Positions 11,419-23,930 of a stretch of DNA of 64,000 nt are shown one piece after another; position 1 is the first letter of the stretch; every line of letters starts with the position of its first letter. The DNA lies in the NCBI RefSeq assembly GCF_018977255.1, contig NW_024704742.1, forward strand, positions 39,744,001-39,808,000. The letters are read 5' to 3'. This DNA is from Callorhinchus milii. Lineage: Eukaryota. The position numbers and the translations under genes were made by a program. The notes under the pieces are model-generated. The model ran no database searches. It saw only the letters and a list, made by a program, of their open reading frames with translations, and had not been told where the DNA came from.

Positions 11419-13924
11419 CGGGGGGCGGCGGCAGGACAGCACGGGGAGGAGCCTGGGCCAACCTACCCAGGCACTTAAGCTCGACGCGGCAGAGAGTGCA
11501 GCTATAGGGGGTGTGGGGCTGAGAGGGAACAGGTGGGGGCGGAGCGGTGGAACCGCTGACGTCATAGTTTAGTTTTCAGGAGTGTGCGCATGCAAAAAAC
11601 AAACAAAAAAAAAAAAACCTCTGTGCCCCCCACCCCCAGCGCTCAGAGCCCACCATGGTCCTGTTGGGTTGGCTGCCCCAGCCCCAACCTACGGGATAAT
11701 GCCTTAACGGAAACCTGGCTCACCCCAGGTGACACCTTCCCCCTCACGGAGGCCACACCACCCGGCTATACCTCCCACCACATCCCTCGCCCCAACCGCC
11801 GCGGCGGTGGTGTAGCCCTTATCTCAAGGACACCACTTGCCCTATCCCCCTACTCCTCTGGCTCTTTCCCCTCTTTTGAGCACCTCACCCTCTCCCACCC
11901 CTTCTTCCTCTCGCTCAAAATCCTCCTCCTCTACCGGCCCCCTAAAACCTCTCCCACCTTCATCTCCGATATTTCGACACTCCTTACATCTCTCTGCCTC
12001 TGCTCTGATCGCCTCATCATCCTGGGCGACTTTAACCTGCACTTCACCCCCTCCTGCTCCATCTCCTCAGACTTCTCTTCCCTGCTCTCCTCGCTCAACC
12101 TCTCCCTCCACATCAACTTCCCCACTCACAGTCACGGCCACCCACTCGACTTGGTGATCACCCGGGGCCTCAGTGTCTCGGATGTCACTATTACCGACAA
12201 GGCCGTCTCCGACCACCACTTCATCTCCTTCACCACCTCCACCCCCCTCCCCACCTCCACCAGACCCACCACCATCTTCTACCGCCCCTGGAAGAAGTTA
12301 CCCCCACAATCCCTAACCGCTGCCTTGGAGTCCTCTGAACTCCTCTCCCTCTGGCCTTCAACCCTCACTGACCCCTCTTCTCCTCTCACCCTCCTCCACA
12401 ACACCCTCTCCTCCACACTCGATACTCTTGCCCCCATCACCTCCCGTACTGTCTCCTACTCTCGCTCCTCCCCCTGGTTCACCACCTACCCCCGCTCACT
12501 GAAATGCCAGGTGCGGGCCGCTGAACGCACCTGCATCAAATCTGGCCTAACGGTCCACAGACAAATCTGGCTGGACCTCCTCAAAATCTACCGCTCCACT
12601 CTAGCCTCGGCCAAGTCGTCCTTCTACTCCAGGATAATCCTGGAGGCGAAGAACAACCCCAGGCTACTGTTTTCTACCACATCCCGACTCCTCCGTCCCC
12701 CCGCCACCCCGCGCAGGTCATCTCCTCCAACCTTCACTGCGAGGAGATGCTGGATTTCCTTGAATCCAAAATCAAGGGAATTCGCTCTGCGGTCACTTCC
12801 CCTCCAACATCCACCCACCCCCACCCCTCCCTCACACACGCCGACTCCTACCCATCCTCCCCTACACACTTTCGTACCCGTTTCCCCACCCTCTGTCACC
12901 AAACTCATCCTATCCCTGAAACCCACCACCTGCTCCCTTGACCCCATCCCCACTCCACTCCTTATCTCCCAGCTCCACCTCCTTGCCCCACATATCACAG
13001 ACATCGTCAACCTGTCCCTCTCCTCTGGCTACGTTCCCATTCCCTTAAAAACTGCCATCATCACTCCCACTTTGAAAAAACCCTCCCTTGATGCGTCGCA
13101 GCTATCAAGCTACCGGCCCATCTCCAACCTCCCCTTTCTGTCCAAGGTCCTGGAACGAGTTGTCGCCTCCCAGCTGCGCTCTTTCCTCTCCAACCATTCA
13201 CTATTCGAACCCCTTCAGTTGGGTTTCCGTGCTGCCCATAGCACAGAAACTGCCCTGGTCAAGGTCACCAATGACATCCTGACCATCTGTGACCAGGGCT
13301 TTATCACCTCAAGGCTGGACTATGGGAACTCTCTCCTCGCCGGCCTTCCCAGCACCTCCCTCCACAAGCTGCAGGTCATTCAGATCTCTGCAGCTCGTGT
13401 ACTGTCCCGCACCAGGCTTCGGGACCACATCACTCCCACCCTCGCTCGCCTCCACTGGCTTCCCATCCCCCAGAGGATCGATTTCAAGATCCTCATCCTC
13501 ACCTACAAGGCCACTCACGGCCTTGCTCCCTCCTACCTCTCTGACCTACTATCCCCCTACCTACCTGCCCGTACCCTCCGTTCCTCTCGCTCCGGTCTGC
13601 TTCACATCCCCCGCCCCAACCGCCCTACCATCGGTGGCCGGGCCTTCAGCCTCTCAGCCCCTAGGCTTTGGAACTCTATCCCCCAGTGCCTTCGTCTTGC
13701 TTCCACCCTTTCCTCCTTCAAGGCCGATCTCAAGACCTTTCTCTTTGACTGTGCCTTCGGCTCCCCTCTTGACTCTCTACCCCCTCCTCGCTCCCTCCCT
13801 TCCCTCCCCTCACCCTGACCATTTCTCCCCTGCTCAGGTCCTGACCCAACTGTACAGTGCCTTGGGATGTCCTCCTGATGTGAAAGGCGCTCTATAAATG
13901 GAATCTTGTTGTTGTTGTTGTTGT
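11419..13924 (+). mobile_element. L2-clade LINE derivative: APE endonuclease plus ORF2 C-terminus, RT core deleted; flanked by tgtcca direct repeats
   Basis: ORF 11584-13818 has APE motifs (ALTETWL, RRGGGVAL, LLYRPP, ILGDFNLH, GHPLDLV, SDH), YRPISNLPFLSKVLE and HSTETALVKVTND, then jumps to FITSRLDYGNSLL; (ttg)n tail; tgtcca at 11413-11418 and 13925-13930. Confidence 0.95.
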
Positions 13925-14649
13925 TGTCCAAGATGCTATCCTCTCTGAAGACACTATGTAAATGAAAGTAATGGCAATTTTGCTATTTTTGTTACAAAAA
14001 AGGTTGAATGAAATGAACTGAGTCCATTTGAGACATTTTGAATATAAAAAGTTTTGTTTTCAAGAACATGTCAAGCTGACCACAATTTAAAACATTTTTT
14101 AAAGTTGCTTTCAGACGACTGCAATCAGACAAATTTTGCCAAATAAAGCGAAATATGTTTATTTGCAGATGAAGCAATTCATTAATGGCAAATGGATATG
14201 ATGCATTGAGGATTAATGCTACAAACTGGTCTGGGATCTGCTGATAAATCATTTCCTAATTCTCTACATATTGCATTTGAAGTTTGGGGTTTGATTTCAT
14301 TTTATAATTTGAGACGGTTTGACCAAAACTGTCAAAAATTTGCTTTGAAGCTCTGTTAACCAAAGCCAGAGATCAAAGAGAATTGGACATATTTAAGTGG
14401 GAGCTTTCAGTCCACTCATTCCTTGATTGGACTGAAGAATATCTGTAATGGACATTTATTCCCCGGAAAGGAAACGAGTGCAGTTATATGAAGAGTTTTC
14501 ATCAGATAGCTTTCAAAGACATGTCACTGCTAATAGTTACTAGGTTAACATTTGTATAGTTTTATTTTCAGCTTCTATTCTTTAATTTTTGTCTCTGTTC
14601 TATAAACAGAAATGTCCCAAAGTAGCCATGGAGTGACTAATTCATTTTA

Positions 14650-14810
14650 TTTGGAGGATTGTTGCCCAGGGCACCTACAATAATGCAGCATACCTCCAGC
14701 ACTGCATTGGAGTGTCATATGGACTATGTGTTCCAAGTCCCACTGTGGAGCTTGAACCCGCAAACTTCTGACTCAGAGGCAAGCGTGCTTCCCATTAAGC
14801 CAGACTGACA
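14650..14810 (-). mobile_element. Old Deu-SINE 5' part
   Basis: ctccagcactgcattggagtgtca..cttgaacccgcaaacttctgactcagaggcaag (reverse head with B box). Confidence 0.65.
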
Positions 14811-14869
14811 TATGTCCCAAAAGTAGAAGTTCTGCTAATTAAAAGGGACTAGATATTAAAAGCTTATGA

Positions 14870-15062
14870 TTGATATATTTGTTAAGATCCCATGATACCA
14901 CTCAAAAGGAAAAACATTTCTCCTGGTCTGCTGGCCAACAGTCTTCCAGATAAAATTTTGCAAACACTTCCAGGACATTTGTGGGACATTATTGTGTGCA
15001 AAATTGGCTGCTGCATTTTCTTGCGAATACACAGTCACTACACTTCACAGTAAAATCCTGAG
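14870..15062 (+). mobile_element. Old Deu-SINE core and 3' part
   Basis: gttaagatcccatgatacc..ctggccaaca..gtgggacattattgtgtgcaaaattggctgctgc. Confidence 0.7.
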
Positions 15063-16849
15063 GGGAGCACTGCAGTCAAGGCAGATCCTGTCTTTATTCA
15101 AACTCTAGACACCTTCTAGCAGGGAATCTCTGAATGGCAATCAGGAGCAGGAATCAGCCAGGTTCCTCACCATCTTTTAGACTTTGACAATTTGGGATTT
15201 GGGATTCATTGATTATGATTCTTGAAATTCAATATTCACAAAACTGGCAATTAAGTGCCTTTCATCATAAGGTCATAAGGCGAACTTTCTGAAAATATTT
15301 ATATCAGTCTTTATTCATTCTAAGAAAGAGCAATGCAGGGACTGACAGTAGTAGTCAGAGATTTCCATTACAAAGCAAAGATTTAACATACATTAGCATT
15401 TGAACTTAGGGAATCATGTAACAAATGATGGTGAGCGGAAACCTTCAAGACCGGCAAACTAAGGAAATAAGGATCAAACAAACTTTATTCCTAAGGGAAA
15501 GACTAATTGGGTTGCTGAAGAATTTGGAGAAAAATGCTGTTAAAATCCAGCATTTCCACCAACACCTGCCCTGTTTTGGAGATAGCCTTCAATATAAAGG
15601 AAGTGGCGCTATTGTGACTGATGTTCCCTTTAATCCATTGTGTAGCATTGTGAATATCTACAACATCAATGTTCTCCCCATAAAATCTAAACCTGAAAGT
15701 CTGTATGCATAGCTCTCGTGGGAAGCCAAGTTATGAGATACACAGCCTGAGGAACCTCTAGGAATTGGTCTTCTCCTAGTTGTATAACTGGACCTTATTT
15801 AAGGAATGTTGTAGACTGTAGGTAGAGATTAAGGTCTAGTCCAAGTGTCCCTTAGAATTCTGGAGAATACATCACAGAATAGTTTGGAATTTGTTGTGTT
15901 ACGCATATTAATGATACGGATTAGATGTGATTTTGAGAATGCAGAATAGATTGCTATCATTCTGCATTGGGCAGCTCCTAATAACTCAAATATTTCTGAT
16001 ACATAAAAGTTACATGAAGAACAGGAAGAAAGGATGTAAGTAAAAACATTCTGAGGACTGACATAAAACCTATTGACACAATGCACCATTTCTTGTGTTA
16101 ATGAACACAAGGAATGCATTATGAAATCTTGCAAATTGTATCCCTGTCTTTGTGGAATCCAATTGATATGGGTACAATAGAGTTGGATCCACTAAATTTG
16201 GTAGATATTTGTTTACTTTTAAGGGTCAAAAAAGACATTCAAGAGAGTTAATTCATCATTCTAGATATTTTAGCTCTGTTTATCATATTAAATGTATTGG
16301 GCAAAATCAATAATAATGTAAATCGTAGCTAGTCTGTGGAAAGGGTTGATGGTCAAATGATTTTTTCTTGTTCCATACTTTCTGAAATTGGATGGAACAC
16401 AAGAATATATTTGTCAGTCAGCAAACAGAAGAAAATAGTTCTGTTGCTAAAAGATGTGACGTCTGGATGGGTGAACACAGTCCTCGCCCTGAGATCAATT
16501 GTATCCTTCCCAACTGCCTGCTTAAAATCTGCTTGCGGGTGTCGGTATTCCTTGAATGTCACTACCTTACAAGGTGAAAATATAACTGTCAATGGGAAGA
16601 ATGAACTTCTCTTAATGTTTTGTCAGCCACTATTCCCACTCTTCAAACCTGACCTGCTTCCCTCCACAAGCCACATGTCTCTCTCCGTACACATCAGTCC
16701 CTGCATCATGTGTCTTTTCAGGCTGCACCTATTCCGTTATCCTCTAAAATGTTTTCAAGTAAATCTGTGTGCATGTATTTAATGAAAGAGATAATTGTAG
16801 CAGTATTAAATTGTTATGTTTTAGAATTTTACAGAAATTCTACATCTTC

Positions 16850-17202
16850 ACTACCTGACTATCTTCTGGGAGGGTCCTGGGGGCTAAGCTTATTCCCCAC
16901 CCCACCACCCAGTGCCTCCGCTCAGCTGGCTCCAGCCTCCTAATTATCCCTCGTGCACTCCGTTCCACAATCGGTGGCTGTGCCTTCAGCCACTAAGCCC
17001 TGAAACTCTGGAACTCTCTCAGTCGATCCTTCTGCCTTCCCCGTCCCTCCCCACCTTCAAATCCCATCTGAAGACCTGCATACAGTCACTTCCTCCCTCC
17101 CTTTCCTCTTGGCTTGTTGTTAGACTCAGTCATTATGAAGCGTCCAGGACACTACCCCGAGTGAAGAGTGCTATATAAATGTAAGTTGTTATTGGTGTTG
17201 TT
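16850..17202 (+). mobile_element. Degenerate L2 LINE 3' fragment
   Basis: caatcggtggctgtgccttcagcc..ctctggaactc, LPTFKSHLKT, gtgctatataaatgtaagttgtt tail. Confidence 0.85.
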
Positions 17203-17924
17203 GGAAGCTTGCTGGACAATGGTAAGGTACGATTTTAACTGGTTAGCTTTCAGCAGTACCCCAATGCGCACTCTGATGTCCCAAAGCCTAGCTCTTAGAT
17301 GACACACTCATACTTCCCGCTTAGGAGAGAGTGTACATTCCATTCCAAACACAGGAGTCTTCATGTGTAGGTAGGATGCCTGCAACCTTCAATCTAGTTT
17401 GGATACTCTTAAGCATCGTGATGGGTTTCCCGATCCGTCAAGTACCCAGCTGACAAAAAACAAAAGTCGACTTGGTGAGAACATGTTACCCATGGTTTAA
17501 GCAATTGCTGTCTGTGGACAAAGTTACAGCACAGGATATTTTAATGTAATTTCAACCTTGGTAGAATAGATGTTCAAGACCCACATCAGTACTTTGAACT
17601 CACATAGTCTCTGCTGACAATCCACTTTACTGCAGGGGTACACCACATTGTTGAAAACGTTGCCTTTGGATCAGACGTTAAACCAAGACATTAAAAATCC
17701 CATGGCACATCTCAAAAAGAGAAAACAGTTTCTCACAGTGTCTTGAGTAAATTTATTTTCTTTATAGATCCTCTGAAAGAACACTCTTTCCTCTAAAACA
17801 ATGTAGCAACTTTTACAGAAAATTATTTATTTTTGTTTCATTCGTGTACATTTTTGGTCCTTTGTTCATTATTTTAAAAAAAGTTTTGAGTTACAGCAGA
17901 ATTGCTGACTGCATAAAAAAATCG

Positions 17925-18147
17925 AGGAACCCAGTTGTTCGTCAATTGGCGGATTGCTTTCCCAGATTAATACTTCTTTCAGAGAAAAAAATTGGTCACT
18001 CAATCTATGGCTGTTTGTGGGACACTGCTGTGCGCAATTGGCTGCTGCGTTTTGCCTACAAAATATATAGTAAATGCACTGCACAGTATATTCCATGAAG
18101 CGCTTTGAGAGTTCTATATCAAATGCAAGGATTATTATTATTATTAT
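17925..18147 (+). mobile_element. tRNA-derived SINE, 5'-truncated long variant
   Basis: ggaacccagttgtt..aattggtcactcaatctatggctgtttgtgggacactgctgtgcgcaattggctgc..(att)n. Confidence 0.85.
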
Positions 18148-18302
18148 CTTCAGGGGGATTGTTGGCTTGGAGACCAGGAGAAATGCCTTTCAAATACTGC
18201 CATGAGACCTTTAACATCTGAACAGGCAGCCAAGAGCTTGGTTTAATGTTTTATCTTAGGAACGGCCCTTCAAACAATGCAGAGTTCCTCCAAATCCTGG
18301 GA

Positions 18303-18398
18303 GCTGTTCTGAAATTACCCTTTACAAACTTAAACCTGTGCCCTCTTGTACTGCTATCTTCACATGCCTGAAAGTATATATTGGGGTTTACTTTGACC
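18303..18398 (-). mobile_element. CR1 ORF2 C-terminal fragment
   Basis: Minus frame VKVNPNIYFQACEDSSTRGHRFKFVKGNFRT (TRGH motif). Confidence 0.8.
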
Positions 18399-20590
18399 AG
18401 ACAATCTTGGAGGCCAAGGACAACCCCAGGCTCCTCTTCTCCATCACCATTTGGCTCATCCATTTACCCTCTCATGCCTCGCCCATCCTCATCTCCAATG
18501 GCAACTGTGAGGCGATGCTGGACTTCCTTGATTCCAAAGATGAGGAGATTCGCTCAGCTGCCTCTGCCCTTCTGTCTTCTATGCACTTCCCGTCGACCCC
18601 TCTCACCCCAGCCCCTACCCATCCCTCCCTCCACACCTTCGAACCTGTCTCCCACTCCTCTCTCATCACCACTATAACCCACATAAATCTGACCACCTGC
18701 TCCCTCGAACCCATCTCTAGTCCTCCGTTTACCTCCCAGCTCCACCTCCTTGCCCCTGAGCTCACAGACATCATAAACCTCTACCTGTCCACTAGTAGCA
18801 TTACCACCCCTTTAAAAATGGCTGACATCACTCCTATGCTTAAAAACCCTCCCTGGACGCATTCCTGTTCTCAAACTACCACCTCATCTCCAACCTCTCC
18901 AAGGTCCTGGAACGAGTCATTGCCTACCAGCTTTGCTGGTAGTCCTGTAGCTCAGTGATTAGAGTACTCGCCTTGCAAGTGAGAGTCCTGGGTCCAATTC
19001 CAGGCAGGACAAAACCTTGGGCAAGTTTCCTTACTCCCACACTTAATAATAAACCCTCCAAAATGAAACAATAATAAATTGGTCATTTTCAATCTATGAC
19101 TATTTGTGAGACGCTGCTGTGTGCAATTGGCTGCCGCGTTTCGCCCACAAATATATGGTCAATTCACTTTACGGTCTATTCTGCGAAGCGCTTTGAGACT
19201 CCAAGAAGACGTGAAAAGCACTATATCAAATGCAAGAATTATTATTATTACTATTATTATTTGCTTCTTCTTTTTCCACCATTCCCTTCACGAACCCCTC
19301 CAATCGGGTTTCCGTGATGCCGACAGCACAGAAACAGCACTGGTCAAAGTGATAAATGACATTCCGACCAGGGCTCCCTCTGCCTCCTCGTCCTCCTTGA
19401 CCTCTCTGCTGCCTTTGACACCATTGACCACTCTATCCTCATCCACCACCTCTCCTCTCAACTTAACCTTTATGGTTCTGTCCTTGACTGGTTCAGATCG
19501 TACCTCTCACACCGCCTTCACTTCATCTCCACAAATGGTTTCTTCTCTAGCCCCACACCATCTAGTTTGGCATTCCTCAGGTCTCTGTCCTTGGTCCCCT
19601 CTTCTTCTACAACTATATACTCCTTCTTGGTGACATCATCCGCAGACATGGGGTCAACTTCCACATGTATGTGGATGACACCCAACTGTACCTCTCTGCC
19701 TCCACCTTTGACTCCAGGGCCACTGCTGTCCTGACAGAATGACTGTCAGACATCAAGTCCTGGATGAGAGCTAACTTTCTTTAGTTGAACATCAATAAAG
19801 ACTGAGGCCCTCCTGATTGGAGTGTGCATCTATGGATGGTGATGTTGTCAGTGCCTTCACACCTCAGGTAGCACCTTACTAGGCCAGTCTTGAACCCTTT
19901 GACCCTCAACTATTCTTTCTATCCCACTTCCGTGCCATGACCCGCTCTGCCTTCCCCGAACCTCTGCAACATCACCCGGCTCCACCACTGTCTCACACCA
20001 CAAGCCACTGAAACCCTCATACACACATTCATAACATCAAGGCTTGACTATGCAAACTCTGTGCTTGTCGGTCTCCCCAACTCTTCCCTCCATAGGCTGC
20101 AGATCATCCAGAACTCTGCAGCCCTTGTCCTCTCCCACACCAGGCTCTGTGACCCTATCACCCCCATCCTCACCCGACTCCACAGGCTTCCCATCACACA
20201 GATGATACAATTCAAGATCCTGATCCTCACCTTCAAAGCCCTGCATTGTTTTGCTGCCCCCTACCTCTGAGACCTCCCAACCCCCTACCATCCTGCTCGA
20301 TCCCTCTGCTCAGGGGGCTCCAGCCTGCTTCACGTCGCCCGCCTCACCCACCTCACCATTGGTGGACTGGCCTTCTGCCACTCTGCCTCTACCCTCTGGA
20401 ACTCCATCCCATGGTCCCTCCTCCTTGCCCCTCCCTTGCCTCCGTCAAGAACCTCCTCTTCAACCGTGCTTTTGATCACCCTGCTTCCCCACCCTCACCA
20501 ATCCCAATCCTGTGTCCGAAACACTGACTGTCCAGGGCCTTGGGAAGTCCTCCCAATGTGAAAGTTTTTTTGTTTTTGTTTTTTTGTTTT
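18398..20590 (+). mobile_element. 5'-truncated, decayed L2 LINE with nested SINE
   Basis: ILEAKDNPRLLFS, STETALVKVIND, ctcttgacctctctgctgcctttgacacc-type RT motif (LDLSAAFDT), GIPQ region, atgtatgtggatgac (YVDD), LHRLPITQMIQFKIL; 3' tail. Confidence 0.95.
18938..19259 (+). mobile_element. Full-length tRNA(Ala-like)-derived SINE with tttgct direct repeats
   Basis: A box tagctcagtgattagag, anticodon arm ctcgc-cttgcaa-gtgag, B box gggtccaattcc, (tta)n tail; tttgct at 18932-18937 and 19260-19265. Confidence 0.92.
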
Positions 20591-20593
20591 TTG

Positions 20594-20869
20594 CAGGCTC
20601 CGGCCTGCTCCACATCCCCCGACCCACCCACCCACCATTGGCGGGAAAGCTTTCAGCCACTCTTCCCCCAACCTCTGAAATTCCATCCCCCAATCACTCC
20701 GCCTCACCCCCTCCTTAGCCTCCTTCAAGTCCCGCCTCAAGACCCTCCTCTTCGACCATGCCCCAGCTCCGGTCTGAAATGCCGTACTGTCCAGTGCCTT
20801 GGGACGTCCTCCTGACGTGAAAGGCACTATACAAATGTAATCTTGTTGTTGTTTGTTGTTGTTGTTGTT
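20594..20869 (+). mobile_element. Second L2 3' fragment in tandem
   Basis: AGSGLLHIPRPTHPP..SFKSRLKTLLF; tail gtgccttgggacgtcctcctgacgtgaaaggcac..(ttg)n. Confidence 0.9.
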
Positions 20870-21562
20870 TCTCAATCTTGTTTAACATTTTATTTACATC
20901 TGGAAGGATCGTTCTGGGTCATCTTGTTTCAAATCTAAAGATCGTTGGACTATGTTTTGTGTTGGTCCAGTGCTAGTTATCCTTTGTGGTTGAGGGATTA
21001 ATTCTGAGCTTTAATGCCAGAGTATGAATCCTACAGCTGCTTGTTAGTTGTAATTGTCCCATTTTAGCTTAGTTTTGTGAATGGATAGTTACAAGGAACA
21101 TCAAGAAGAGCTGGGATGTTCTACCTCACAGGAGAAGGAAGAGGCGGGACATCGCTCTCTCCTAATGTAACCAGTACATTATTTGCTATAACTTTTTAGC
21201 CAAACATTGGGTTGCTAATTTTGATCCATAGTAACCCTCGGGTTTCTTTCCTGACTGATCGTATTCCATTTCCCATCCCTGCTTGCTTGTGACAACACCA
21301 CAAAGTGAAATTGTGGAGACATCAGTGACCCTGGTGTTAACTCACTCTTGGAGGAGAATCATGAGGTCATGAGGTACAAAAAGGTAGAAAAAAAATTATT
21401 TTGATGATAAAAAAGTAATTTCTAAGCACAATACTTTTCCCATTTACTTGGAAATTGAAATATATTCTCTAATACGAATCTGTAAGTTAGTCTTGAAAGC
21501 CTCAATGATATATAAGTACACAGGGGTTCAGAACAAAGAGAAGGGAAGATACTAATGTGCTG

Positions 21563-21670
21563 ATAATAATAATAATAATCTTTGCATTTGATAGAGCACC
21601 TTATTGCATCTTTGAGATGTCTCAAAGCGCTTCATAGAATATACTGTAAAGTGAATTGGCTGTATAGTTT
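21563..21670 (-). mobile_element. SINE 3' tail
   Basis: (taa)n-ctttgcatttgatagagc..ctcaaagcgcttcatagaatatactgtaaagtgaattg. Confidence 0.8.
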
Positions 21671-21979
21671 ATGCGTGATATATTTACAAGGTGTATTATC
21701 GTACTTAGAACCCTTCAATGCAAAGTTATATAATATGTGCTCCAACAATACAGGTCCAGGTAGAGCTGAGAAGCAAACCACATTCTGAATCCCCAATGAT
21801 GAGAATTAAACACGTTTAGGTTAATTTCTGAACATGGTGCAATTTGGACATTTTGGAGCTGAAATTCTGGTTGACTTTATATTGTCAACATTTTAAGCTA
21901 AACTTTTGATGCAGTCTTTTCATTTACAATATGTTAACTTAATATATTATTACTTAGTAATTAAATAATTATTAATCAC

Positions 21980-22083
21980 TTCAGTGAGGAAGACTATATA
22001 GTATTATGTGCCAGATGATTCCATCTGGCGCCTGCCCCAGTTCTGACTCCTCCAAAAACAGATATTGATTCAGTCTGATTTCA
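21980..22083 (+). repeat. ~100-bp local direct duplication (second copy 22451-22553)
   Basis: tcagtgaggaagactatatagtattatgtgccagatgattccatctgg... vs tcaatgaggaagactatacagtattataggccagatgaatccatctgg... Confidence 0.85.
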
Positions 22084-23714
22084 ATATAAATATCAGCCAA
22101 TGCTGACTGGGCTAATGGGATTGCTCCATTGCCAAAGCAATGCTTTGCTATAAGCAATGCTAACCAGAAAATCAATCCATTTGGATTTTGTTCATGTTGA
22201 TTAAAAGCAGTACCCAGTTTTTGTAAATCTGGCAATGCTCTTGGCAATTTCTAAAGACAACTAACAGTATCCAGAGAGATAGGAACACGCACTGGTGTAA
22301 ATGCCTGTACTGTCATGATATCTGTGGATTAAATAGTTGTCATCTATGGACAGAGCTACAACACAGGAAGTTTTAAATGTAAGTGCAATCTTGGTAGTCC
22401 ATTAGGGAAAAGACGTGCAATCTCATGGTGGGCATGATTTTATCTGGCATTTCAATGAGGAAGACTATACAGTATTATAGGCCAGATGAATCCATCTGGT
22501 TCCTCCCCCAGTTCTGACTACCCCAAAAACAGATCTGGACTCGGTCTGATTTCCGCACATTCCGTGCTTAGGAACAACTTGCTGCAATGAAAGCTTGAAA
22601 TGGAATCAATTACATGATTTGTGGAGTCCCATAGAGAAAAGGTTAAAAATAATTCTGTGGGATTTAAATATTTCCAATATTATTTATTTTTGACATTAAA
22701 TGAATGATCTTCCTTTTTTAAAATAAAGTAATCTTTTTATAGAAAAGGACAATATTCTAAACTTTGAGAGGCCATTGAGGGTCATCGACTTTTACCAAAT
22801 GTGAAGTGTGTGAGTGGCACTTCAGTAAAACCTTTTACTCTTTGACCTGATGTGCCATGAAATGAAGATCACTGTATTAGACTTCTAATGTGATTTGTGT
22901 TAGATTCTTTGTGAGCAGAATTCTTGCTGCTAAGCATATGGTTCTGTTTGACTTGGTCGAATGGCTTTGGATGCCTTCTGGAAGCTTTAGGACATTGGAG
23001 AGTTAAATCTGACATTTCTCAGTCTGCCTTCAATTGATTTCTCTTGTCTGCTTGCAGCCCTGTAACTAAGATTTGCCGGGGGTTCTATGTGTATAACTCG
23101 TTCATTCTATTGCCAGTAGACAAGCACTCTGCCACTCTCTATTCAGTTTACACTGCTTTTAGTGGAAGTGAAATGCACATCTCTAGTTTAAGCTTTTGTT
23201 ATACAAACAGGTCAAAGGAAATCAATAACCTGAAGCAAGCTCAATATCTGTCTTGCAGACTCTTATCTCTGGGGTTAAATGGTGTCCCAGGAAAGTATTG
23301 AATAAGCTAGTGTCCTCAGAAGGAAGAACAGGGAGCGATATCATGCATGTAAAACTGTGGTTCTGATTTCTCAGGGGATCGGTATGAAAGGTTTCTGTCG
23401 ATGAATTATTTTGATGAAAAAGCTAAACTTTTGATGCAGCCTTTTCATTTACAATACGTTCACTTAATATATTTGAAAAACATCAAATACTACTTTTTGT
23501 TACAAATTCTACATTTCAATATGGCTGTAGCTTACTAGTTAATTAATCTTGTAGGTATTCCATACTACTTTTAATCCATGTCAACAAAAAAATAAACAAA
23601 AAATATAAAAAAATGTTCTACTACTTATAGAGAGATAAATACCCATGTAACTGTTAAATTTCTTAGACTTTGTTTTTTTTAAATTAGCTAATTGAACTAA
23701 ATATTACAGTATTC

Positions 23715-23930
23715 AACAACATTTCACAATTATATTTCATGTAGAGACATCTCAAAGAGCTTTACTTGGAGTGGGAATCCAAATAAGATTGGAGATAGAA
23801 GTAAGAGGGAGGCGATTGAACACATGATCAAAATTTGGGTTTTTAAGCATTTTGAAAGCAATAAATTCCAACAGAAAGGGATTTGGGGAGAGAGTTCCAG
23901 AGATCAGGAACTATCTTGGCAGAAAGGCTG
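23715..23930 (-). mobile_element. Old L2 3' fragment
   Basis: ttcatgtagagacatctcaaagagcttt tail and gggagagagttccagag (reverse LWNSLP). Confidence 0.55.

Noticed and set aside
16353..16592. Minus ORF after a possible acceptor (VVTFKEYRHPQADF...)
   Set aside because: No homology recognised, no clear donor, and overlapping ORFs of similar length on the other strand.
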